From Spirochaetota bacterium (GTDB taxonomy: Bacteria > Spirochaetota > UBA4802 > UBA5550): a stretch of 64,000 nt of DNA. The position numbers and the translations under genes were made by a program. Shown here in pieces: positions 31,423-40,369 of the stretch. The stretch is from NCBI GenBank assembly GCA_009787025.1, contig WRGT01000072.1, forward strand, positions 12,393 to 76,392. The letters run 5' to 3'. The notes beneath the pieces are model-generated. The model was not told where the DNA came from, did no database searches, and worked only from the letters and a program-made list of their open reading frames with translations. Each line of letters starts with the position of its first letter. Within the stretch, counting starts at the first letter, position 1.

Positions 31423-31442
31423 AGACAAGGCATGCCTTGTCT
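31423..31442. promoter_or_regulatory. perfect 20-bp palindrome AGACAAGGCATGCCTTGTCT about 70 bp upstream of the dinD-like start
   Basis: sequence is its own reverse complement. Confidence 0.6.
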
Positions 31443-31517
31443 CTTCACCTATATATAATATAAACGATTGAAAATGGTTAGTGATGAAAAATTTTTTTTA
31501 TTTTTTTGAATTTTTTT

Positions 31518-31579
31518 AGCCTCATAAACAAGGGGCACGCAGATGACGCAGATTTATAAGGATTTTCGCAGATTTTTTT
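31518..31579 (-). repeat. second copy of the ATCTGCG iteron-like motif (inverted relative to 16805-16869)
   Basis: cgcagatgacgcagatttataaggattttcgcagattttttt. Confidence 0.7.
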
Positions 31580-31660
31580 AAGAATTGGAATGTCAGAAAA
31601 ATAAATTTGGGGGAAGTCCTATTTGTTATCAGGTTGAATTACGTCCCTTTTCAACTTTGC

Positions 31661-31722
31661 CTGTAGGGCATTCATATCAATAGAAAAATAGTTATCCCTC
31701 TCACGCATAGTCCGTAGGACTT
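31661..31722 (+). repeat. about 62-bp palindromic miniature repeat (copy A of the GTAGGRCATTCATATCAATAG...TAGTCCGTAGGAC family)
   Basis: ctgtagggcattcatatcaatagaaaaatagttatccctctcacgcatagtccgtaggactta; two more copies at 35509-35672. Confidence 0.75.
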
Positions 31723-31898
31723 ATACATTTGTCGCATCCTTAATAGGTTTACGGAAAAATAAAGAAAGGAGTAAACGACGAGACAAGTTACAATATATGG
31801 AAATTAGTTGACTTTTTATAGGAAGAATCAAAAAATAGATAACTCATTAAACGGTTATCAGATTATCGAAATATATTCGCCGATGGAGGTAGTCGATA

Positions 31899-32093
31899 AT
31901 GAAAACATATAAAACTATTGAGCAGGAAATAAATCAAATCAGATTAAAAATTTATGAAGAAACCAAGGACTTAACACCGGAACAATATACAGATAGAGTA
32001 CGCAGAATAGGCGAAAATGCCGCTAAAAAGTATGGTTTTCAACGTATTACCAACCCTGCCGGCGTACAGGCTGCCGCCTCGACAACCCGTTGA
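31899..32093 (+). CDS. small protein (64 aa), paralog of 16447-16620; C-terminus runs into a dinD-like pseudogene
   Basis: conserved promoter/RBS region with the other copy; last about 18 codons overlap the reverse strand of the dinD fragment and differ from the paralog's tail. Confidence 0.5.
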   Translation: MKTYKTIEQEINQIRLKIYEETKDLTPEQYTDRVRRIGENAAKKYGFQRITNPAGVQAAASTTR

Positions 32094-32290
32094 CTACAAT
32101 CGGTCGTACGATTGTAGAATTTTCCGTCAACAGATTGCATTTTCAATTGGTGACAATTTGTCACCGTTTCATTTCCTTCTTCTTTCAGCCTTTGTTTTAG
32201 TTTGTTCCAATACTTTCGCGCTTGTTGATAATCAGCATCAAACTTATTAATCCGATTTTGTTGAATCTTTTCGTTGCTTTGCTTTTTACG
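32039..32290 (-). pseudogene. truncated paralog of the DinD/Bro-N gene (N-terminal fragment, no start codon)
   Basis: frame gives ...DADYQQARKYWNKLKQRLKEEGNETVTNCHQLKMQSVDGK... matching residues about 38-86 of the 30516-31352 product; DNA about 85% identical over the gtgacaatttgtcac core. Confidence 0.55.
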
Positions 32291-32366
32291 TTCATAAATT
32301 TCTCTTAAAATTAATTTTTTATAGATAGTGAGTCAATTTTTATGTACAAAGCGGAAAATAGAGAAT

Positions 32367-34169
32367 TTAGTTTTTAACAATTCCATATTGTATTGCAAAA
32401 TTTAGAAAATCATTTAATAATTTATCTTCTCGTTTTTCAATATCTGCCTTAATCCAATCATCGTGCGGATACTCTTTTGCCAATTTATTAACAATTTTTA
32501 TTGGTGATTTTTTATACCATCTGTCTTTTTTTGTTTTGAAAAAACCATCACCTGCCTGAATATTAGTTTTTTTATCCAGAATTATTTTATTCCCAAGTTT
32601 TTCTAAATATTCGTCAGCCTCTTTGCGGTTCCAGTTTTTATAATTTGCTGATTTCCAATTTTTAGGCAAAATATGTTCTATCTCTATTTTTATTTTTCTG
32701 TTGTTTCCATTTCTATCAATTAAAGTTTGTTCCGGAATTTGATATGCCTCCCATAATAATACCGGTTTAATCATAAATTTTGAATGAGCGTAAATGTTAT
32801 GAAATTCCCGCTTAAAATCTTCTTTAGCAAAAATAGGATATTTAAACTGTCTTTTATTTGCAATATCAACAAATGCAGGTATTGAAGCGTTTTTTATGTA
32901 TGATACTCCCGGTCGGGTAATATATGAAACAAAACAATATGCAAGAGTTTTCTTTGTAAATTCCTCAAATCCCTTTTCTTCAAGTTTATCTTCCTTGCTT
33001 TTGTTTGCAAAAAAATATACGGTAAAATTATATTTCCAAAACGCATTTGGCATATGTTCTAAGGCGTGTACATATTTCAGAGCTTCCTCAGAAACCTCAA
33101 AATCGTTATTGGCATCCTTATCTGATAGTACTTTCCAAAAATTTGAGAGAGATATAACATCTTTCATCACTTCGTCATTCTTTAATTTCTCATACTTGTT
33201 TTGTTCAAAATACTTTCTAAGTCCGGGTACTGTTGTATCTTTAATATTATCTTTTGCGCGAAGCCAATACATATACTGGGTAAAGATTTCATCAGTTGTA
33301 TTCTGATTAGATTTATTATTTTTTGGAATGTCATCACATATTTCTGAGAATTTCTGCCATTTTTGAATAAAGCTGTCTTGTTTGTTATCATTGCTATAAT
33401 ATTTATACAATTGCGCTTTAAAAATATCAGAATCGGACAAAGGCATGCCTCTATCGTTTAGTGTTGTGAATATCCTCAAAGCAACATCTTGAGATTCACA
33501 TTCTATCGGCAATAAAATACAGTTGTTTAATATTCGTATGCATAAATTGTAAAATGGAATCGGATAATCTTTTACATATTCATCAATCCATTCTGTAAAA
33601 TGTCGATAATTTTGAGAATAAATATCTTTTCCATTTGTCGTTGTTCCTGTTTTTAATATACTTATTAATGCTTCACGGTCTTTATCTGTCGCAACCTTTG
33701 TATCAATTTTAATTTTGTCTTTGTTTGGTTCTTTGGTAAATTTGTCGGTATGCCAAATACATTGTCCGATTTGTCTTTTTACTCCTATACTTTTATCATC
33801 TTTAGATGGTTCAAGTTTCTTATAAATAGCTCTTAGCAACAAAAGAAGCGTTGTTATTCTTTGTTGTCCGTCAATAACTTCTAAAAATTCTTCGTTGTTT
33901 TTGACTTCTAAAAATTCTTCGTTGTTTTTGACTTCGTTGTTTTTGACTTCGTTGTTTTTGAACGTTACAATTGAGCCAAGAAAATACTCCTCTTTGAAGT
34001 CATTCGCATCATTTTCCGGCATAGCAAACTCTAAAATATCATCCCACAACGTTCTGCACCTTTCTTCGTCCCACTCGTATGGGCGTTGGTATTCCGGAAT
34101 CAAATATTGATTGGACTTATCGGATAAAAGACTTTCAATTGATTTCTGATCTACATGTAATTTACTCAT
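32367..34169 (-). CDS. GmrSD-family type IV (modification-dependent) restriction endonuclease, DUF262 + DUF1524
   Basis: N-terminal DUF262 DGQQR motif (VIDGQQRITT); C-terminal His-Me finger EIEHILPKNW...NKIILDKKTN. Confidence 0.75.
   Translation of the reverse strand: MSKLHVDQKSIESLLSDKSNQYLIPEYQRPYEWDEERCRTLWDDILEFAMPENDANDFKEEYFLGSIVTFKNNEVKNNEVKNNEEFLEVKNNEEFLEVIDGQQRITTLLLLLRAIYKKLEPSKDDKSIGVKRQIGQCIWHTDKFTKEPNKDKIKIDTKVATDKDREALISILKTGTTTNGKDIYSQNYRHFTEWIDEYVKDYPIPFYNLCIRILNNCILLPIECESQDVALRIFTTLNDRGMPLSDSDIFKAQLYKYYSNDNKQDSFIQKWQKFSEICDDIPKNNKSNQNTTDEIFTQYMYWLRAKDNIKDTTVPGLRKYFEQNKYEKLKNDEVMKDVISLSNFWKVLSDKDANNDFEVSEEALKYVHALEHMPNAFWKYNFTVYFFANKSKEDKLEEKGFEEFTKKTLAYCFVSYITRPGVSYIKNASIPAFVDIANKRQFKYPIFAKEDFKREFHNIYAHSKFMIKPVLLWEAYQIPEQTLIDRNGNNRKIKIEIEHILPKNWKSANYKNWNRKEADEYLEKLGNKIILDKKTNIQAGDGFFKTKKDRWYKKSPIKIVNKLAKEYPHDDWIKADIEKREDKLLNDFLNFAIQYGIVKN
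33878..33961 (-). repeat. in-frame tandem repeats inside the GmrSD gene (2 x 27 bp then 2 x 15 bp) encoding NEVKNNEVKNNEEFLEVKNNEEFLEV
   Basis: cttctaaaaattcttcgttgtttttga x2 followed by cttcgttgtttttga x2. Confidence 0.85.
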
Positions 34170-34251
34170 TTTTTTTATCCTTGTTTTAATTAATTCTCTT
34201 ATAATTATATAATAATTTAAAATTTTTACAGCTAATCATTAATGATCGCAT

Positions 34252-34527
34252 CTATTTACCGATATACTCGCCATCCCGAAAAGTTCCCTTTTGTAATATT
34301 CTGCCGTATGAATCATACAGAGTTCCTTGTCCGTGCATTTTATCATCTTTCCATTCACCTACATATTTCCCCATCAAATCATAAGTCATAGTTCCCTCGC
34401 CGTTCGCTTTACCGTCTTCAACTTGACCTGCATATTTTGAACCATCAGGGTAAGTAAGTGTTTTGCTTGAACTCGCGTAGCTTGGCAACAAACCGAACAA
34501 TACGCATAAAAGTATTATTTTTTTCAT
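34252..34527 (-). CDS. small secreted MORN-repeat protein
   Basis: signal peptide then three YxGxxxxGKxxGxG MORN-like units. Confidence 0.55.
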   Translation of the reverse strand: MKKIILLCVLFGLLPSYASSSKTLTYPDGSKYAGQVEDGKANGEGTMTYDLMGKYVGEWKDDKMHGQGTLYDSYGRILQKGTFRDGEYIGK

Positions 34528-34716
34528 TTTATTGTCTCATTCCTTTAATTTAATGTAAAAGCTCTTCCATATTTTTTTATTTCTATTTTAATCAATTGAG
34601 CAGCCTCCCCAAACAAAAAAACCGCAGAGTAAGGACAAATTTTTTGCCCCATATTCTGCGGTTTTATTTCATTAATTAAATTTTTGCTTGATTTTAATTC
34701 AGTAATTAAAAAATTA

Positions 34717-34793
34717 CTTGCTGCTTGCTGCTTGCTGCTTGCTGCTTGCTGCTTGCTGCTTGCTGCTTGCTGCTTGCTGCTTGCTGCTTGCTT
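34717..34793. repeat. heptanucleotide microsatellite (CTTGCTG)x10 plus a degenerate unit
   Basis: ten perfect 7-bp units 34717-34786 then cttg cttgcgg; lies between the MORN gene and the MNT gene. Confidence 0.95.
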
Positions 34794-35079
34794 GCGGTAT
34801 TGTTATGTCAAGTGGTATCTTCATATAAGAAGTTTTATTTTCATATCTTATTTCAGTCAAGATATTTTTGAGAGTGGGTGTGAAAAAGTGGATAAAAAAA
34901 ATAATTTATTGCCCCTAGTAAAGGCTGCAAGCCTTATAATCAGCAGCGCAGGGCAAAGCCCTATCCTATTGATTTTGTCCCTACGGGACATTAAAAAATT
35001 GATGCTGTCCTTTCAGGACATTGAAAAATGGTGTAAAATACATACTTGACAAATAATAAAAACTTAATGTAATTAAAAT

Positions 35080-35400
35080 ATGGATAATTTTGAAGAAAGA
35101 CTCAATAATATAAAAGACTCCGTCCTGAAGTTTGTACCTGCAAAGTATATATATCTGTTTGGCTCTTACGCCTATGGAAATCCAACAGAAAAAAGTGATA
35201 TAGATGTTTATATTGTAACACCGGACAATATAACTAATTTCTCTGAATTATATACAAAAATTATAGTAGATTTAAGTTATAAAAAAATATTTTTTATAGA
35301 TTTGTTATTAAGCACTGAAAGTGTTTTTAATAAAAGAAAAATAGAAAATATTCTCGAAGAAACAATATTTCAAAAAGGAAAAGTAATTTATGAAAATTAA
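35080..35400 (+). CDS. minimal nucleotidyltransferase (MNT, pol-beta superfamily; HEPN/MNT-type antitoxin-like)
   Basis: GS-x9-DxD motif FGSYAYGNPTEKSDIDVYIV; 106 aa; no intact HEPN partner (19-aa overlapping ORF 35390-35449 only). Confidence 0.65.
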   Translation: MDNFEERLNNIKDSVLKFVPAKYIYLFGSYAYGNPTEKSDIDVYIVTPDNITNFSELYTKIIVDLSYKKIFFIDLLLSTESVFNKRKIENILEETIFQKGKVIYEN

Positions 35401-35508
35401 AGATGTAATAGAATGGATACAAATCGTTGGGAGTCTCGTTCTGAAATAGGTTTACATATTAATAGTTAAATCCTGATATAGATTAACAAAACATTATTAT
35501 TTCTATAT

Positions 35509-35672
35509 TGTCCGTAGGACATTCATATCAATAGAAAAATCGTTATCCTTTCACAAATAGTCCGTAGGACTTTAACTGAATACACCAAATATTTTGTTAT
35601 TTAATGTGTTAAAGTCCTACGGACTATTTGTTTATTATTATGCTATTATCTATTGATATGAATGCCCTACGG
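35509..35672. repeat. inverted pair of the about 65-bp palindromic miniature repeat (copies B1 35509-35575 and B2 35607-35672) forming a large hairpin
   Basis: gtccgtaggacattcatatcaatag...aaatagtccgtaggactttaac and its reverse complement separated by 31 bp. Confidence 0.8.
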
Positions 35673-35925
35673 GCAAAAATTACGCAATGATACATTAATA
35701 TGTAAACTTTTTTTAGGACGAGTCACTCTTGAGCATATTGTCAGGCCAGAGAGTGATTAGGGGAACATCTACCAAACCTTTTGAAAATCCTGCATGACTC
35801 GCCAATAAAATAAAAATAACTAACAAATATCGTTTTGCCGACTGTGGTTTCATTTACTTTCTCCCAATCACATGCAAAATGAGCAATACAAAATAACGAG
35901 GTAAACAAGCGATTGCTAATCGCCT

Positions 35926-36516
35926 CTACTTAAACAGCGGAGATAACTTTTTAAATTCCGCTGTCCCAGCTTGTTCAAGCAGCATAAATGCAATTGTTTC
36001 CGTAGGATAAATTAAAGCGCCAGCCTCTCTTAACATGGCAATAGCGCTGTCTTTATCATCCTTTTTTCTTGAGGCTACTCCGTCCGAAACAATAACGACA
36101 TTACGGGCTGAAGCAACGAGACTCAATGCTGTCTGAAATACGCAAATATGAGCTTCAATACCAACAACAATAACGGTCTTTTTAGTACTCCCTAATATTT
36201 CTTTTTTTATCTCTTCCTCTTTCATTGCATCAAAAAATATCTTCTCAAAAACCTTAGCGCCAGGTATAATATCTTTTAACTCAGGTATTGTTTCACCAAG
36301 ACCTTTTCTATACTGCTCGGTAACTATCATGGGAATTCCGAATTCATTTGCAGTTTTAAATAATATTGCGCAATTTTTCTTTAACATCCTTTGATAATCG
36401 CTCTCCATAGCCTGAAATAATCTCTCTTGTATGTCTATTATTAGCAGCAACGAATCACTTTTATTAATCATAAAATCTTGCATCTGCTTTCCTCTTGATT
36501 TATTGCAAAAGTTCAT
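35926..36516 (-). CDS. isochorismatase-family cysteine hydrolase
   Basis: LLIIDIQERLF and catalytic Cys GIEAHICVFQT; alternative start at 36483 would remove the 17-bp overlap with PBP1A. Confidence 0.7.
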   Translation of the reverse strand: MNFCNKSRGKQMQDFMINKSDSLLLIIDIQERLFQAMESDYQRMLKKNCAILFKTANEFGIPMIVTEQYRKGLGETIPELKDIIPGAKVFEKIFFDAMKEEEIKKEILGSTKKTVIVVGIEAHICVFQTALSLVASARNVVIVSDGVASRKKDDKDSAIAMLREAGALIYPTETIAFMLLEQAGTAEFKKLSPLFK

Positions 36517-39079
36517 TCCCTATATTATCTATTATAGATTGATTATTATTATCTTTTAAATTCTTTAATATTTTCTGCTTTTGATTTTCCATAATGTTTT
36601 CTTCGGGAGGCTTTATTGACATATTAAAATCTGCGTTCTGCTTAGAACAAATATCGCATACTTGATCAGGTACAAATTGCGGTATAAACACCTCTGTAAT
36701 TGTATTCTTACAATAAGTAGATGGAAGCATTCCTGAATTTTCACACACAGTCATCTGAGCAAGTTTTGCAAAAACCGGGAAATCTGTTGTCGGCTCGTTT
36801 TTTAATGCCTCTCTCATATAATTACCCCAAATAGGCGCGGCAATACCTGCTGCTGCCTGTCCGGCGCCTAAAGATAAACCCAATTTATCATATCCTATCC
36901 AAAGACCCGTTGTGATATTTGGAGTAAATCCGATAAACCAGGCATCTTTCCAATTATTAGTTGTGCCTGTTTTGCCTGCAACAGCTCTTCCAAATGATGC
37001 TGCTCTTGCAGTGCCTGATGAAACTACGCTTCTCATCATACTTATCATCACTTGAGCAGTATCCGGTCTTATAATCTGTATTGTACCGTTTTTTGTTCTT
37101 TCTTCAATTATTTTATTTATTTCAGCTTCTCTATTTTCTATTATATTATTGTCGCGGTCTTTTATATATCTTATTGCAAAAGGTATAACATCTCTTCCTC
37201 CGTTTGCAATTATTGCATAAGCTCTTGTCATCTCAAAAGGACTAACATCAATAGAACCAAGCGCAATGGAGAGATTTCGCGGGATTCTATCTCCTTTTTC
37301 CGAATCGCTCAGTCGAAGGAGTTTAGCATAATAATTAATCACCATATCCATACCTATTGTTTCTGCAATCCTTATTGATACAACATTGATGGATTTCTCT
37401 AATGCTCTTCGCAATCTTACAAAACCGTTATAATCCCTTTCATAATTTTCCGGCAGCCATTCTCCTCCATCGGACTCAAGATAGAGAATAGGCGAATCAA
37501 GAACTGTTGTCGCCGGTGTAAACATTCCAGATTCAATGGCTGCCGCATATAACAGCGGCTTAATAGACGAACCCGGTTGTCTCCTTGACTGCATAGCTCT
37601 ATTCAGTTGATTAATGCTTGAAAATTCACCCCCGCCGATCATTGCTTCAATATATCCGTTATAGTTGTTGATAGATATTATACATCCTTCAACCTGTTGA
37701 AGCTCCTTATCATCTGTATATGTACGTTTATACTTATCTAAGAAATCGGATATTGTACTTAACCCTGCTAAAAAATTTATCCCTTCAAGTTCTTCTACAA
37801 TCTCAGCGCGAAGATGATTATTGATTTTAGTATTCTCTACAGATCCTTTCCTGCGGAATGAATTTATGTCCACGACATAAGACAGAAGAGAAATTTCATC
37901 GGAAAAACTCTCGGCAATATAATCATCATTTCTAAACGAAAGTCCGGTTGAAATTACGCTCTGTCTGTCCAAACCTGCCTTTAATATTCTTTGACCTGCC
38001 ATCTGTTTATTAACATCAAGCGTTGTGTAAACAGACAGACCTCCTGAAAAGACCATTTCCTCCCCATATTTTTTTACCAATTCTCTCCTGATATATTCGG
38101 TAAACCATGGAGCTCTGTCAATCCTTGTACTCCATGTAGTAAGTGTAGGAGATATATCACCGATATAATCAAGGTATTCTGGCCAAAAATCAAGGAATGC
38201 CTTTTCAGCTTCATTCACGGTAATAAAACCCATTTCAACCATTTTCCCTAAAATAATTTTATGTCTTGCAATTGAAGTCTTCGGATGCCTTATAGGCGAC
38301 AATAGATTCGGCGCTGATGGAAGTGTTGCAAGGAGCGCACATTGCGCTAAATTAAGATCTTTAACATTTTTCTGAAAATAGATTTTTGAAGCTGATTCAA
38401 CTCCATAAGCTCCATGACCCAAAAATATCTGATTCAAATAAAGGTTGAGTATCTCATTTTTTGAATATTTAACCTCTATCATCAATGCAATAAAAGCCTC
38501 TTTAGCTTTCCTGTATAAACTCCTCTCTCTGGACGTAAGCAGTATCTTTGCTAATTGCTGAGTAATTGTACTGCCGCCCTGTTTTACGCCTCCGGCAAAT
38601 ATATTTACAAAAAATGCCCTTACAATCCCTTTAGGATTTATTCCCCAGTGATCATAAAACTCATTATCTTCACTTGCAATAAAGGCATTAATCAGATTTT
38701 TTGGTATTTCTTCAAATGGTACAACCTCTCTCTTTTCAATAAAAAATTCTGAAATTATAACATTATTCTTATCATAAATCCTTGTTGTAATATCAGGTTG
38801 ATAACTTGCAAGACTTTGCACCCTGTTAAAATCTATAATAAGTATAATTATAAAGACTATAACAAGACCTGCCATAATACCGATTGTTATTTTTTTATTA
38901 TTCCTTATAAATGAAAAGGCGCTTTTAATAATACTTTCTACAGCAATAATTATTCCTGATAAAATATTTTCAGCTTTTTTAATATTAATATTCTTTTTTA
39001 TATAAAATCTATCTGATTTTAAAGAAATACTGCTGTTTTTTATTCTATCCGCAAATGTTTTTCCTTTATATTTACCCAT
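36500..39079 (-). CDS. mrcA: class A penicillin-binding protein 1A (transglycosylase + transpeptidase)
   Basis: GT51 motifs EDNEFYDHWGINPKG, GGSTITQQLAK; TPase SSIK (SxxK) and KTGT. Confidence 0.85.
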   Translation of the reverse strand: MGKYKGKTFADRIKNSSISLKSDRFYIKKNINIKKAENILSGIIIAVESIIKSAFSFIRNNKKITIGIMAGLVIVFIIILIIDFNRVQSLASYQPDITTRIYDKNNVIISEFFIEKREVVPFEEIPKNLINAFIASEDNEFYDHWGINPKGIVRAFFVNIFAGGVKQGGSTITQQLAKILLTSRERSLYRKAKEAFIALMIEVKYSKNEILNLYLNQIFLGHGAYGVESASKIYFQKNVKDLNLAQCALLATLPSAPNLLSPIRHPKTSIARHKIILGKMVEMGFITVNEAEKAFLDFWPEYLDYIGDISPTLTTWSTRIDRAPWFTEYIRRELVKKYGEEMVFSGGLSVYTTLDVNKQMAGQRILKAGLDRQSVISTGLSFRNDDYIAESFSDEISLLSYVVDINSFRRKGSVENTKINNHLRAEIVEELEGINFLAGLSTISDFLDKYKRTYTDDKELQQVEGCIISINNYNGYIEAMIGGGEFSSINQLNRAMQSRRQPGSSIKPLLYAAAIESGMFTPATTVLDSPILYLESDGGEWLPENYERDYNGFVRLRRALEKSINVVSIRIAETIGMDMVINYYAKLLRLSDSEKGDRIPRNLSIALGSIDVSPFEMTRAYAIIANGGRDVIPFAIRYIKDRDNNIIENREAEINKIIEERTKNGTIQIIRPDTAQVMISMMRSVVSSGTARAASFGRAVAGKTGTTNNWKDAWFIGFTPNITTGLWIGYDKLGLSLGAGQAAAGIAAPIWGNYMREALKNEPTTDFPVFAKLAQMTVCENSGMLPSTYCKNTITEVFIPQFVPDQVCDICSKQNADFNMSIKPPEENIMENQKQKILKNLKDNNNQSIIDNIGNELLQ

Positions 39080-39365
39080 TTAACATGACCTTAGTAATAA
39101 TTAAAATTAACCGTTAATTCTTTTATTATCAGTTAATACAAATATTTATCCGTTAATACAAATATTTTTTAAAAAAAAATCAAAAATAGATATTTAATAT
39201 AATCAGCAAGATATTCAATATTATTTTGCAATAAATGCCTTTAATCATCTATAAATACCTATTATTACTATATTGCAAAATTTTTGTACTGTCGATTTTA
39301 ATCATAGTAATGAAAATTTTTAATGCTGTCAAGGATGACTGCATTTATATTCAAGGAGGAATATA

Positions 39366-40214
39366 ATGATAATAAATCACAACATTGCCGCAATATTTTC
39401 TCATAGAACTTTAAAATTCCATGATTGGAGTTTAACAAAAGACATTGAGAAACTCTCCTCAGGTATGCGTATCAATAAAGCCGGTGATGATGCTTCAGGA
39501 CTTGCCGTATCTGAAAAAATGAGGGCTCAAATTCAGGGTCTAAGGCAGGCTGAAAGAAATACTGAAGATGGTATGTCTCTAATTCAAACTACAGAGGGAT
39601 ATTTAACTGAGCTTCAGGACATAATTCAGAGAATAAGGGTTCTTGCAGTACAGTCTGCAAACGGTACCTATTCTGATGAAGATAGACAACTGATACAGAT
39701 TGAAGTTTCAGAACTTGTTGATGAGATTGATAGAATAACATCTATGGCTGAATTTAACAAAATGAAACTCTTAACAGGTTCTTTTGCGCGACTTCATCCT
39801 ACGGCATCTATGTGGTTTCACATGGGACCAAATATGCACCAAAGAAGGAGAATTTTCATTGAAACAATGTCATCAGCAGCGCTTGGATTAAGGAATCCTA
39901 CTGTACTTACATTTATTTCAATATCAACAGCAGGAAAAGCTAACTCTGTAATTGGTCTTACAGATGAAGCTCTCCGAATTGTATCAAAACAAAGAGCTGA
40001 CCTTGGAGCATATTATAACAGACTTGAACATGCTTCTAAGGGTCTTTTTAATGCTTATGAAAATGTTCAGGCATCTGAAAGCCGAATCAGAGATACCGAT
40101 ATGGCAGAGCAGATGACTTCATTTACAAGATATCAAATACTTACACAAGCTGCTACTTCTATGCTCGCTCAGGCAAATGCCAAGTCGCAGACTGTGTTAC
40201 AGCTATTAAAATAA
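39366..40214 (+). CDS. flaB: flagellin, spirochaete FlaB-type filament core protein
   Basis: [16 protein letters not shown]..., [41 protein letters not shown]-terminal [14 protein letters not shown]...[17 protein letters not shown]; 282 aa. Confidence 0.85.
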   Translation: MIINHNIAAIFSHRTLKFHDWSLTKDIEKLSSGMRINKAGDDASGLAVSEKMRAQIQGLRQAERNTEDGMSLIQTTEGYLTELQDIIQRIRVLAVQSANGTYSDEDRQLIQIEVSELVDEIDRITSMAEFNKMKLLTGSFARLHPTASMWFHMGPNMHQRRRIFIETMSSAALGLRNPTVLTFISISTAGKANSVIGLTDEALRIVSKQRADLGAYYNRLEHASKGLFNAYENVQASESRIRDTDMAEQMTSFTRYQILTQAATSMLAQANAKSQTVLQLLK

Positions 40215-40247
40215 TCAAACTTGAGCTAACATCGCAGCATCATTCAA

Positions 40248-40275
40248 AACGCCGGACCCTCCCATCCGGCGTTTT
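40248..40275 (+). terminator. rho-independent terminator after flaB
   Basis: aacgccgga-ccctcccat-ccggcgtt + tt. Confidence 0.7.
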
Positions 40276-40369
40276 ACATTTTCAGTTCGAGCGGATTAAA
40301 ATAGTTGACCTTTTCGACTTTATACTTTATAGTTATAAAAAATATAAACTATGAAGTAAGGTGCGAATT

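Noticed and set aside
32017-32250. 77-aa plus-strand ORF from the track
   Set aside because: It overlaps the minus-strand dinD-like pseudogene, whose translation matches the intact DinD-like protein. The plus-frame product has no similarity to anything in the window.
34622-34668. Hairpin ccgcaga...tctgcgg flanked by A-run and T-run (possible bidirectional terminator)
   Set aside because: The loop is 26 nt, too long for a typical intrinsic terminator, and no gene ends immediately upstream on the plus strand.
34684-35049. 121-aa plus-strand ORF spanning the heptanucleotide repeat (LLAACC repeats)
   Set aside because: TTG start, no RBS, product dominated by repeat-encoded LLAACC. Kept only as a possible phase-variable frame in the findings, not called as a gene.
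35700-35925. 46-codon minus-strand ORF with signal-peptide-like N-terminus (MKPQSAKRYLLVIFILLASHA...)
   Set aside because: No RBS, short, lies in repeat-rich spacer. Could be a remnant. Not called.
39280-39365. Possible sigma28-type flagellar promoter upstream of flaB (ctgtcgatttt)
   Set aside because: Only a partial match to the GCCGATAA -10 consensus, and no convincing TAAA -35 at the correct spacing.
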